A stretch of 64,000 nucleotides of DNA from a virus (lineage: Duplodnaviria; Caudoviricetes), in IMG/VR virus record IMGVR_UViG_3300046779_001841, positions 128,001 through 192,000 of that record, one strand, 5' to 3'. The number at the start of each line of letters is the position of its first letter. Position 1 is the first letter of the stretch. This document shows positions 39,551 to 49,268 of this stretch, in pieces. The position numbers and the translations under genes are program-made. The notes below the pieces were generated by a model. The model saw nothing but the letters and a program-made list of their open reading frames with translations. It was not told the origin of the DNA and did no database searches.

Positions 39551-41992
39551 ATGCCTACAAGTTCTTTTAATGGAAATGCTGGTAACGGTACTAATAAAAA
39601 CATAAATAATATCATTTATGTTCAAGATAATGGAAATAAAAATCTTGATGGTTATTTAAATGTTAGTGGTGATACATCTTTAGATAGTGATTTATATGTT
39701 GGTGGCAATACTACTTTAGATGGCAATTTAATTGTTAATGGTAGCACCACTACCATTGATAGTGTTACTTTAACGATTGAAGATCCTGTTATCACTTTAG
39801 CAAAAAATGCTAATCAACATACAACTGCATCTACAGATGCTGGACTATTTATCCAAAGAGGAAGCACAGAAAATCCAGCGATCTTGATTTGGAATGAAAA
39901 TTCTAATCAATTTGAAGTTTCAACAGTGACAGGTGCTACAAGTGCAACAACTAATTTTACTGGTGGTGGTGTTACAAAAACATTTGTACCTTTTAAAGCT
40001 GGTGATATTTATGGCAGTTCGCTAGATGTGACAAATCAAGTAATTTCTTCTAGTGTAAGCACGAGTGTTTTATCCATAGGCGAACATAATTTTGATATAA
40101 ATGGTTTATTTTTTGGTGAATATGGCAATTTGAATATTCATTCTGCTCAATCATCTTCTAGTATTCTTTTAAATTGGAATGTAAGTTCTGGTATTCCTAC
40201 TACAAATGCTACTATTGAAGTTAAAAGAGGTTCTCTCACAAGTGCATTATTAAAATGGGATGAAACTAATGATGCTTGGGATTTCAATAAAGACATTTCT
40301 TCTCAAAAAATAAAAATTAGAACGGATGAAACAAGTGGTTCTTCTTCAAGAGTTTATATTTATTTCTATTATGGTGTTGGTCTTCTTAGTGAATTAGTTT
40401 ATTTCTATATCTATAAAACATCTGATAGTGGTTTAACTCGTACTGTTGTTCCTATCTCTATCATTTCTACATCTAGGATAGAAGCATATACTTCTAGTGG
40501 TTACAATGCGATCAAATTCAATAGTAATTCAGCATATAGTACTCATGCAAATGCAGATGCTTTTATTGATTTTGAAGATGGTGCTTCTTACTACATTAAT
40601 GTTTATAGTCCAAATGCTTCTGTTACATTCTCACCAAGTATTTCTTTTAGTTTTAGATACACTTCAGATGTTGGTTTAAGTGCAAACTACACTACACTTA
40701 CAAATGCTAATTATATTGCATCTGGTGGTTATAATGGCTTAATCCAAGTAAATAATGTTACACCTTTGGTTTCTCAAGTTTTTAGTGCTGGTACTAATAT
40801 TTCAAATTCCATAGATAATGCACCTGCTTTGAGTTTAGAATATTCTAAAGGTATTGCCAGTATTGTTTTAAATGCTGGTACTACAAGCACACCTACAGAT
40901 GCTAGTCTTCTTGTTGATCGTGGTTTAAATAGTTCAGCTAAAATACTATGGGATGAATCACAAACAGGTTGGATTTTTAATCAAGATATTCGATTAAGTG
41001 ATTCCACAAATATTCCAAACTTATATTTAGAAGATACAAGTTCTTTATATTTAGTAGATAGTGGCAGTGTTTGGATCAATGATGGTATTCTTGCTCTTGA
41101 AAGTCGATCTTCTAACACTACTCGTATTTATTTAAATAGTGAATTAGGTGTTGGCGATACTCCTACTACAGATGCTCAAATTACTGTTAATCGTGGAAAT
41201 GAAACCGCATCTTACATTAATTGGAATGAAACTTCTGATGTTTGGCAATTCACACCTAATATTAAAGTCACCGATTTTTCTTCTAATGTTGCACTCCAAA
41301 CTGATAATACTTTTGTCTATACTTATAAACCTTTAAGTTTAAATAATAGCTTGTTCTACAAGATACAAAGAATATCTAGTGCGACCACTGACATTAATTC
41401 AGATGTTTCTTTTGTAGTGATTGAAAATGGTGCTTTGGGTTCTGCAGTTTTTCAACCATCGTTGCCAGATTTAGATAGTGATACCATAGGTGGTCGTGTT
41501 ATCAATATTGCAATTAAAAATGCAAACTATGCTGAAATTTATCCTGCTACTATTTCTCAATACATTAGACATGGTGGTACAACTTATTCTAGTGGTAGTC
41601 CTTTAGTTCTAAGTGGATATAGTTCTGTTCAATTAGTTTCACATATTGTAGGTAGTGTAAAAGACTGGTATGTAACAGCTATTTCTAATTCAGATATGGT
41701 AGATACTCTTACAACAAATGGTGCAATTACTATTTTTAATGGTAAAATTTATCATTGCAATCCAGCAGGTGCTATTGCATTAACATTAGGTATTGCACCT
41801 AATGGTACTACTCTTACTTTTAGATCTATTATAAATCAAACCACTACTATCACTACTGCATCTAATGGTATCGAAGGTAATCACAACACGATTACATTAA
41901 ATTCAAATTCGGAAGGCTTGACGATATATTATTATGGTACAAGCTGGTGGATTTCTAGTATGTATGGCAATGTTGGTATAACCACAGTTTAA
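39551..41992 (+). CDS. Tail fibre protein with four T(D/N)A.(I/L).V.RG......W.E...W repeats
   Basis: GNLIVNGSTTTIDS...TIEDPVI.L and the repeats resemble motifs in T4-like/cyanophage fibre proteins. Confidence 0.75.
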   Translation: MPTSSFNGNAGNGTNKNINNIIYVQDNGNKNLDGYLNVSGDTSLDSDLYVGGNTTLDGNLIVNGSTTTIDSVTLTIEDPVITLAKNANQHTTASTDAGLFIQRGSTENPAILIWNENSNQFEVSTVTGATSATTNFTGGGVTKTFVPFKAGDIYGSSLDVTNQVISSSVSTSVLSIGEHNFDINGLFFGEYGNLNIHSAQSSSSILLNWNVSSGIPTTNATIEVKRGSLTSALLKWDETNDAWDFNKDISSQKIKIRTDETSGSSSRVYIYFYYGVGLLSELVYFYIYKTSDSGLTRTVVPISIISTSRIEAYTSSGYNAIKFNSNSAYSTHANADAFIDFEDGASYYINVYSPNASVTFSPSISFSFRYTSDVGLSANYTTLTNANYIASGGYNGLIQVNNVTPLVSQVFSAGTNISNSIDNAPALSLEYSKGIASIVLNAGTTSTPTDASLLVDRGLNSSAKILWDESQTGWIFNQDIRLSDSTNIPNLYLEDTSSLYLVDSGSVWINDGILALESRSSNTTRIYLNSELGVGDTPTTDAQITVNRGNETASYINWNETSDVWQFTPNIKVTDFSSNVALQTDNTFVYTYKPLSLNNSLFYKIQRISSATTDINSDVSFVVIENGALGSAVFQPSLPDLDSDTIGGRVINIAIKNANYAEIYPATISQYIRHGGTTYSSGSPLVLSGYSSVQLVSHIVGSVKDWYVTAISNSDMVDTLTTNGAITIFNGKIYHCNPAGAIALTLGIAPNGTTLTFRSIINQTTTITTASNGIEGNHNTITLNSNSEGLTIYYYGTSWWISSMYGNVGITTV

Positions 41993-42008
41993 ACAAAAGA
42001 GTAAATAA

Positions 42009-42644
42009 ATGATAATAATAAATAGAAAAAACGATAAAATCATTCAAAGATCAAGCGAAGATACTATCACTGATATGAATGGTAAATATCTTTTAGATGA
42101 ACCTGCAAATACTAAAGTTTCTTTAGTAGAAATTATTCCTAATATTCAAACAAATATTGAAGATAGTTTTCTTGCTATTTATTCTGATTATACAGGTATC
42201 ACTTTTAACACACTACCAGTGAAAACTGATTTTGATACAAGTGCAGTATATCTTACATATAGTTCAAGATGTCAATTAGGTGATGACTATAATCATTGTG
42301 CAATTTTATCTAAAAATGAAAATACAAATGATCCAGGTGTTCTTATCACTGATACTATCACTATTCCAAGTTCAGATAAATTTCTTGTTTATTGGAAAGT
42401 AGCAGTTATTAGTTATGGTCAAGAACAATCTGTTACGGCTAATATTCCCAGTGAAATGATTTATAGTATTTTAGAACCAACTGACATCTCAGTGTATATT
42501 TCTAATGATGATGGTGTATCTTATACCGAAGCGACTTATTTGACACCTGTAAGTTTTTCAAGTGGTTCTACTACTATGCGAATTGCTTTCGTCAATAATT
42601 CATTAAATAAAATACACTTATTAGGATATGCAATACTATACTAG
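42009..42644 (+). CDS. Putative structural protein
   Basis: 211 aa inside the structural operon; VYISNDDG.SY motif. Confidence 0.6.
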   Translation: MIIINRKNDKIIQRSSEDTITDMNGKYLLDEPANTKVSLVEIIPNIQTNIEDSFLAIYSDYTGITFNTLPVKTDFDTSAVYLTYSSRCQLGDDYNHCAILSKNENTNDPGVLITDTITIPSSDKFLVYWKVAVISYGQEQSVTANIPSEMIYSILEPTDISVYISNDDGVSYTEATYLTPVSFSSGSTTMRIAFVNNSLNKIHLLGYAILY

Positions 42645-42653
42645 GAGATTAAC

Positions 42654-45600
42654 ATGGCTGATAATTTTGGAATTGATGTCAGTAGAGTTCTAAATAATGA
42701 TAACACTAAATTTACTCATCTCATTTGGCAATCTGGCAAACCACCTTTAGATTCTGAACTAAATTTTGTTGGGCAAATCGCTAACGATTCACTTAGAGAT
42801 GCAATTAAACAAACTACACCAAGTGGTTTTCTTGCTGACCCTATCACTGCGATTGATTTTGAATGTAATGCTTTAGATAGCAACCAATTCAAATTAAATT
42901 CTATTGATGCTATCGTTAATGGTATGCCTATTCAAATTCGTGGTTGTAACACTAATGATGAAACTACAAATGTCATTAAACTATCCGCACCACCTGCTAC
43001 TAGCAATCGTGTAGATTTTGTTTTCTTAGAAGTTTGGAGATCTCTTGTTAGTCCAAATCCATCTACAGATTTTAAACCCAGTGCTATCACTTTCTTTAAA
43101 TATGGTAACACTCAATTTGGTGGCACTAATATTACTGATGATCTTATTGATAATGATATTGGTTTTGAAACCACTAAAAGAGTTCAAATCCAATATCGTT
43201 TAAGAGTTGAAACTAATATTGATATTGATACTTATCCTCAAGGTTTAGGTGATCCTTCTGTTTTTGGTCAAGGCAACTCTGCTAATCCTGTTACCAGTGC
43301 AACATATACTAATATGGCAAATGATGGTGATCCTTCTTGTTGGAAAGCTACATCTGTTGATTTTGATTCAGTAGATAATATTTCTTATGCTATTCCTATT
43401 TGTGCAGTCTTTAGAAGAAATACATCTTCTTATGTTGCAGTGCTTAATGGTTCATCACCTACTCATAATGGTGCTTCTTTAAGATCTACATCTACACCTA
43501 AAACTTTAACACAAGCTACTTTAAGTGCAAACCTTACTGATACTGCGACCACTCTCAATTTAAGCACTTCTATTGTAGGTAGTGGTTTAGATGAAGGCAA
43601 TTCTGTTGGTGATTATCTTGTCTTAAATACAGGTATCAATAAAGAAATTGTTCAGATTACCAATGTTAATGTAGGCACAGGTGCAGTCATTATTACTCGT
43701 GGTCAATTAGGTACTCAAGCTAAATCTCATCTAGCTACTACAACAGTCAGTTTATATAATCCAAGACCTGATGGTTTATATGCAGATCAAATTCATGAAC
43801 AAGATATTTTAGATTTGATGAATACAATCTCTTTATCTGGATTTGATTATTCCCAACTACTTCAAAATGCACTTAATGAATTATTGTCTAATAATTTAAG
43901 AACATCTTGGAAATCTAGTGCTACTGGTAGTGATAGCAAAGGCATCACTTTAACTCAAGTTGATATTATTGGTGATCCTAATACATCAAGACCATATACT
44001 GAAATTTTAGATGCTCCAAATGGTATCCGAACTGTTTGGTCTGATAGTGCAGTCATTGAGAAGAATGTTAATATCATTATTGATCCTGCTACTGCTTTAA
44101 ATGATGATGGTACTACTGTTGGTTATTTTGATAGTGGTTTAACTGATAATTGGACTATCAGTGCTGATTTGAAACCTACTGGTTTTATGCCAAGTGTTGA
44201 TATTGGTGGTGGTACTTATCAACAAGCATGGTCAAGTGGTGCTGTTATCTTCTTAAATTTAGGTGGTGCTGATGGTATCTCTGGTGCAAGAAAAGGTTTT
44301 AAAAATAATCAAAAAGCAGTTCGCTTCTTAACAGAAAATGAAGAAGATTTAAAAATCTATCTTATTAATGATAATGGTTATACAGACCCTTTCACTAAAA
44401 CAAATCTCTTACCTATTCTTTCTACTTTTGTTGGTTATCCATCTAAAATGGAAATCTTTGGTGGTCTTGTTCATTCATCTTTAAAAGTCACTGGAATTTC
44501 TACAGTTTCTGCAGATAATCAAATCAAAAGAATTACTAATAGTGCTGATGTCAATCTTGAATATTTTTATGAAATTGATTTAGGTGTTAGTCTTGCATCT
44601 TTTCTTGATGGTACAACACAAGTTCTTGGTAATGAAACTATTCCAGATCTTCTTACAAATTATGGTAAAGATAATACAGGTTTCTCTTCAGAACTTTATG
44701 CGATTGTTTATGGTTCGCCTAAAACATCTAACAATCAATGTTTTAGAATTATTGGTATGGGTAAAGATGGTTTAACTTTTAATGAAACTAATGGTAGTGA
44801 TGGTGGTTTAAATACAGATACCACTATTCGACTGCTTCGTTTAAATGGTGCTTTCTCAAATTGGACTGAAGATACAGATGGCAATACTTTAACAGTAGAA
44901 ATTAGAACAAGACGAACTTATGCTTTTGATGGTTCAACTGCAACAGATCCTTCTTTATGTATCGTTTTGCCATATCACACAATTTATGACATTACAACAA
45001 ATACACCTACTCAAATCTATTCAACTGAAGGCACTTACTCAACATCTAAACTTTTAATTAATGCTACTTTACAATATGCACCTGGACATAGTGGTGTTGC
45101 TCGTGTTCCTGATCAAATCCATAATGTTTCTCTTAGAAATAAAAGCACTGCTTATCTTAGAAATGCTATTAGTGATTTAGATGCTACACAAACAATCTTT
45201 GAAACAGATCTTGTTAAATATGATGCAAATACTCATATTCAATTATGGAATGCTTTAAAATCTAAGAATGTTGACCCAAGTCCAACAGGCAATGTTAATG
45301 ACTTTGGTGGACATATTATTGGTGGTGCAGATATAGATAGGAATAATGAAATCTTTGCAGACCCAAGTTCTAAAACACTTGTGCTTAGACCTTTCAAACA
45401 ACAAAATTTATTGTTGCAATCTTTTCGTGCTGGTGCATCCACTGATCTTCTTTTAAGTCAATTCTATCAAGATGGTATCACTACTAAAGATGGTGCGGGT
45501 CTTTTCACTGGCAGTGGTTTGCCACAAGATTATTTTGAATTTCCTCCAATGCACTTACCTAAATTTGGTCGTCAAGATATTCCTTTCCATACAAACAATG

Positions 45601-47816
45601 GTATTGCTGATCCTTTCTTAAATGGTTTGCATCACTTGTTTATTGATACAAATACAAATACAGATGATGTTTACAATATTATTGGTGGTGATAGTAATGA
45701 AGGTTCTGCTGGTATTGAAGCTATGCTTTTCTACACTGCGATTGATTATGGTTCAAGTGATGATATTACAGTTGGTCATCCAAGTCTTGGTGCTAGAAAA
45801 GTTTCTCTTGAAATTCCCAGCACAGATTTTGGCAATATCTTAAATGGTATTGAATTACCACCTTATCATGGTTTTGCTAGAGTTTATGGTGTCTATGAAA
45901 AAGTTGATTATCTTGCCAAAGTTGGTTCTTCAGTCGCAGGTGGTCATGAATCTGATCGTGTTACACCTATTGCCAATCCACCTATCAATCTTTTAAGAAC
46001 AGATGCTACTAAATACACCATGTATATTAGACAAGATGGTGCTTCTGATGTTGCTGATGCTACTGGTAGTCATACATATATTTTAACAGAACATTCTCTT
46101 GATATTCGCAAAATTCCTACTTATACAACAGGTGATGAATTTGCAGATTTTGATTATGTGGTTGAGTGTTGTGTGTTTGGTTTTGCGAATGGATTTATCA
46201 ATAAAAATAGTTTTATTCTTGTTCGTCAATATGATGGTGCGGGTGTGGAGAATGTAAATCTTACTACATTGCCAACAGAATTACAAAATGTTGATGTTGT
46301 CATTCCTTCACCTTTTGGTAGTGCAGATGAACTTTTTGTTGAATATTCCAGAACTGCATATCAAGGTGATGTTTATCATACAAGAGGTGGTACAGTTGCA
46401 AATTATAATGATGAAATTATTCGATCAGGACAACTTAATCCAAACGATCATTATTATGGTGGACTTACAAGAAAACAATTTAATACAGATGGTTCATCAG
46501 CTATTACAATCACTAATCCAAGAGCATTTACAGTTTTGGCTTCTATGGATTTCTATTTAACATTAGGTACTGGCAATATTGGTGGTACTTTATATGAAAA
46601 CACTATTACAGATGTTGGTTATGAAGAAACACATATTCCACCCAGTGCTTTAAATCAAGAATTAATCCATGTAAAACCTAAAGCATTTCATGAAAATGAA
46701 ATTGGTTTAACAAATGCAACTGCGACTTTAACTTTTGTTAAAAATAAAATCGTGGATGGTGTTTTACAAGTTAATGCTTGTTATATCACTATCTATTTGC
46801 CAGATGGTACAATTAAAGCTGATGACTTTGTTATTACTTCAAGTTTTAGTGATGAAGATTTAGGTAATTCGATCATTGAAATGGTAGGCACTTTATCAAA
46901 TTATATTATCAGTGGGTCTTATACTACAGATAGTGTACAAAATAGAATTGTCTTTACTTATCTTGAAAAAGGTATTATTGGCAATCAAGCACAAATCTCT
47001 ATCTATTTCACTTATCCTGCAAATCAAAATAAATTTACCTACAAATTAGGAACAGACACTTTATTTTCAACAACTAAAGTTTATATGACTGGTGGTAGTG
47101 GTATTCAAAATAATGCAGGTTCTGGATCTCTTGATCCTTCTTTGATTGGTCTATCTTCAAGACTTCCTTTAGGTTTGCTTGTAAATGATTATGATTTCTT
47201 AGGTGAAGATATTTTAAATGATGGTTCGAGTTATCTACAATCATCTTTAGGTAGTGTTAAGACTGCTAACATTTCTTTACCGATCAGTAGTAATGGTCTT
47301 GTTTATTCTAAAGTAAATGGTGTGGCTGGTGATACTTTAATCATGTGTGAAGCAGTAAATGATACCTATATTGCTTTTACAGACATTAGTCCATCTGGAA
47401 CAAAAACATATAGAACACATCGTGGTGCAGTTGTTTATGGTGCGAGTGGTAAAGTTAAAGGTAGTCCAGTGTCTTATGTTGTGAATAGCTTTCCTACAAG
47501 TGTTCAACCTGTTCTTAAAGGTGGTGTTTTAGCTTGTAAAGCAATGCTTGTACAAAACTTTAATGAAACTGCATTTACGACTAATGATGAAGTATCTTAT
47601 GGTAGTGAATTACAATTAGTAGTCATTACACAAGCGATTTACAGATCAGATGTAAATCAACCTATCACACTACAAGGCAATATTTCACCAAGTGGTTATG
47701 GTGAAGGTTATGCGAGTGCAGATAGATTTATCATTAAAGGTAGACCAGTTGTAAAAAATAAGATAGCAGATCCAAGTCTTGCAATTACACCAGCACCATA
47801 TCAAACATCAAATTAA
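42654..47816 (+). CDS. Very large virion structural protein (1720 aa)
   Basis: LIWQSGKPPLDSELN; paralogous N-terminal region to 36653..39547; T/S/G/N-rich beta-type composition. Confidence 0.7.
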   Translation: MADNFGIDVSRVLNNDNTKFTHLIWQSGKPPLDSELNFVGQIANDSLRDAIKQTTPSGFLADPITAIDFECNALDSNQFKLNSIDAIVNGMPIQIRGCNTNDETTNVIKLSAPPATSNRVDFVFLEVWRSLVSPNPSTDFKPSAITFFKYGNTQFGGTNITDDLIDNDIGFETTKRVQIQYRLRVETNIDIDTYPQGLGDPSVFGQGNSANPVTSATYTNMANDGDPSCWKATSVDFDSVDNISYAIPICAVFRRNTSSYVAVLNGSSPTHNGASLRSTSTPKTLTQATLSANLTDTATTLNLSTSIVGSGLDEGNSVGDYLVLNTGINKEIVQITNVNVGTGAVIITRGQLGTQAKSHLATTTVSLYNPRPDGLYADQIHEQDILDLMNTISLSGFDYSQLLQNALNELLSNNLRTSWKSSATGSDSKGITLTQVDIIGDPNTSRPYTEILDAPNGIRTVWSDSAVIEKNVNIIIDPATALNDDGTTVGYFDSGLTDNWTISADLKPTGFMPSVDIGGGTYQQAWSSGAVIFLNLGGADGISGARKGFKNNQKAVRFLTENEEDLKIYLINDNGYTDPFTKTNLLPILSTFVGYPSKMEIFGGLVHSSLKVTGISTVSADNQIKRITNSADVNLEYFYEIDLGVSLASFLDGTTQVLGNETIPDLLTNYGKDNTGFSSELYAIVYGSPKTSNNQCFRIIGMGKDGLTFNETNGSDGGLNTDTTIRLLRLNGAFSNWTEDTDGNTLTVEIRTRRTYAFDGSTATDPSLCIVLPYHTIYDITTNTPTQIYSTEGTYSTSKLLINATLQYAPGHSGVARVPDQIHNVSLRNKSTAYLRNAISDLDATQTIFETDLVKYDANTHIQLWNALKSKNVDPSPTGNVNDFGGHIIGGADIDRNNEIFADPSSKTLVLRPFKQQNLLLQSFRAGASTDLLLSQFYQDGITTKDGAGLFTGSGLPQDYFEFPPMHLPKFGRQDIPFHTNNGIADPFLNGLHHLFIDTNTNTDDVYNIIGGDSNEGSAGIEAMLFYTAIDYGSSDDITVGHPSLGARKVSLEIPSTDFGNILNGIELPPYHGFARVYGVYEKVDYLAKVGSSVAGGHESDRVTPIANPPINLLRTDATKYTMYIRQDGASDVADATGSHTYILTEHSLDIRKIPTYTTGDEFADFDYVVECCVFGFANGFINKNSFILVRQYDGAGVENVNLTTLPTELQNVDVVIPSPFGSADELFVEYSRTAYQGDVYHTRGGTVANYNDEIIRSGQLNPNDHYYGGLTRKQFNTDGSSAITITNPRAFTVLASMDFYLTLGTGNIGGTLYENTITDVGYEETHIPPSALNQELIHVKPKAFHENEIGLTNATATLTFVKNKIVDGVLQVNACYITIYLPDGTIKADDFVITSSFSDEDLGNSIIEMVGTLSNYIISGSYTTDSVQNRIVFTYLEKGIIGNQAQISIYFTYPANQNKFTYKLGTDTLFSTTKVYMTGGSGIQNNAGSGSLDPSLIGLSSRLPLGLLVNDYDFLGEDILNDGSSYLQSSLGSVKTANISLPISSNGLVYSKVNGVAGDTLIMCEAVNDTYIAFTDISPSGTKTYRTHRGAVVYGASGKVKGSPVSYVVNSFPTSVQPVLKGGVLACKAMLVQNFNETAFTTNDEVSYGSELQLVVITQAIYRSDVNQPITLQGNISPSGYGEGYASADRFIIKGRPVVKNKIADPSLAITPAPYQTSN

Positions 47817-47818
47817 TC

Positions 47819-48349
47819 TTATTGTTTTTTATCATTTGCATTGATAGTGAAAAACATCTTTGGATCATTTAAAACATTTTTAATTTCTTCACAGAAAGCA
47901 TGAATATCTTCTAAAGAAGAAGTATTGTCTTTGGCAATATCATTTAACAAATCTATTTTTTCTAAGATATTTGCCTTTAACATTTCATGTTCATCAAAAA
48001 GTTGAGAAATTAAAGAAAGTAGAATTTCTTTCTTTAAGATCATTTGATCTGGTAGAGCTTCCATAAACAATTCTAAAGAATTGCTATTCAGATCTAATTG
48101 TATTGAAAAGATAGCATCATATGGTATTAAAACTTCAAATGGTTTTCCATTGAATGTTAAAATAGTTTGCACACAATCATCATTGAGATATGTTGGACTT
48201 GCAAATTTATATGATAGACTTAATCCTACATCATACTTGTTTTGCAAATGACTTGGGAGTTTAACATCTTTATGGCAACCATTTAGATGGATAATGGTTT
48301 TACCTTGACTTAGATAGTCAATCAAAATTTGTTTTTTCATTTCAGACAT
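47819..48349 (-). CDS. SspB-like ClpXP adaptor domain with coiled-coil C-terminus
   Basis: IIHL...DVKLPSHL....V.L.LSYKF......DD.VQTILTFNGKPFEVLIPYDAIFSI matches the SspB V.VP..L...L.F.G.....IP..AI pattern. Confidence 0.7.
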   Translation of the reverse strand: MSEMKKQILIDYLSQGKTIIHLNGCHKDVKLPSHLQNKYDVGLSLSYKFASPTYLNDDCVQTILTFNGKPFEVLIPYDAIFSIQLDLNSNSLELFMEALPDQMILKKEILLSLISQLFDEHEMLKANILEKIDLLNDIAKDNTSSLEDIHAFCEEIKNVLNDPKMFFTINANDKKQ

Positions 48350-48398
48350 AACTTTTTCCTTTAAGTTTAATGTTGTTTGGTTTTAATGTTGTGAAGAT

Positions 48399-49181
48399 TT
48401 ATTCTGGAATGCTTGTTTTAGCTTGTTGTCTAGCTTGTCTTTCTTCTTTTCTTTGTGCTTTTACTTGTTCTGTATATGAAACACACCATTTAGACAATAA
48501 ACAAGCAGTGCAATCACTCTTATTATAATTGCCATAACAAGCAGTGTTTTCTATCAAAGAATTTCTAAAACTATCACAAGCAAGTAATTTTTCTTCTCTT
48601 GTTTCTTCAACAATTAAAGATCTTGTTTCAATCACAAGTGTTGGTTCAATTTCAATGATAGGTTGAGTTTTTACTACCATTGATGGTTCTTCAATCTCAA
48701 TGATAGGTTGTGTTTCTATTGTAGTTTCTTCAATCATTACAGGTTCAGGTTGTGTTTCTACTACCATTACAGGTGCTTCATTAACCACTTCTTCAATCTC
48801 AATGAAAGTCATAGGAATGATATGTCTTTTAGGTTGAGTTTGGATTGAAACCATAGGTTGTGTTTCTACTGCAGGTTTTTCAATCTCAATAGTAGGTTCA
48901 ACAATCATGATATTTGATTGATTTGCAATCAACCATGTAGTTCCATTTTGAGTAGTTTTACCTTCTTGTTTTAATTTCCAAAATTCATCACTAATAAACT
49001 TTTCAAGTTTAGAAACATTGCTACCAGAAACAAATCCAAATTGATCTCTTGTAAATCCTAAAGAAGAGATTAATTGTTGTTTGTAATCTGCACTCTTGAT
49101 TGGTGACAATGTTTCTAACATTGGCAACATAGCTTGTTTAATGGAGATTTTGATTTCTTTAGTAAAGTCTTGCATTTGCAT
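48399..49181 (-). CDS. Hypothetical protein with ETQP-rich linker and C-terminal Cys cluster
   Basis: Repeated (V/I)ETQP(I/V) units; C...ACYGNY..SDCTACLLSKWC. Confidence 0.7.
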   Translation of the reverse strand: MQMQDFTKEIKISIKQAMLPMLETLSPIKSADYKQQLISSLGFTRDQFGFVSGSNVSKLEKFISDEFWKLKQEGKTTQNGTTWLIANQSNIMIVEPTIEIEKPAVETQPMVSIQTQPKRHIIPMTFIEIEEVVNEAPVMVVETQPEPVMIEETTIETQPIIEIEEPSMVVKTQPIIEIEPTLVIETRSLIVEETREEKLLACDSFRNSLIENTACYGNYNKSDCTACLLSKWCVSYTEQVKAQRKEERQARQQAKTSIPE

Positions 49182-49201
49182 TTTCCTTTTTTTTAGGTCT
49201 A

Positions 49202-49250
49202 GTCGTTATCGACATTCTTATAACACTTGTCACTTAGCTATCTTTGCAAC
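49202..49250 (-). promoter_or_regulatory. Conserved promoter/stem-loop element, copy 6
   Basis: GTTGCAAAGATAGCTAAGTGACAAGTGTTATAAGAATGTCGATAACGAC. Confidence 0.85.
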
Positions 49251-49268
49251 GGATATGAAAAAAAATTT

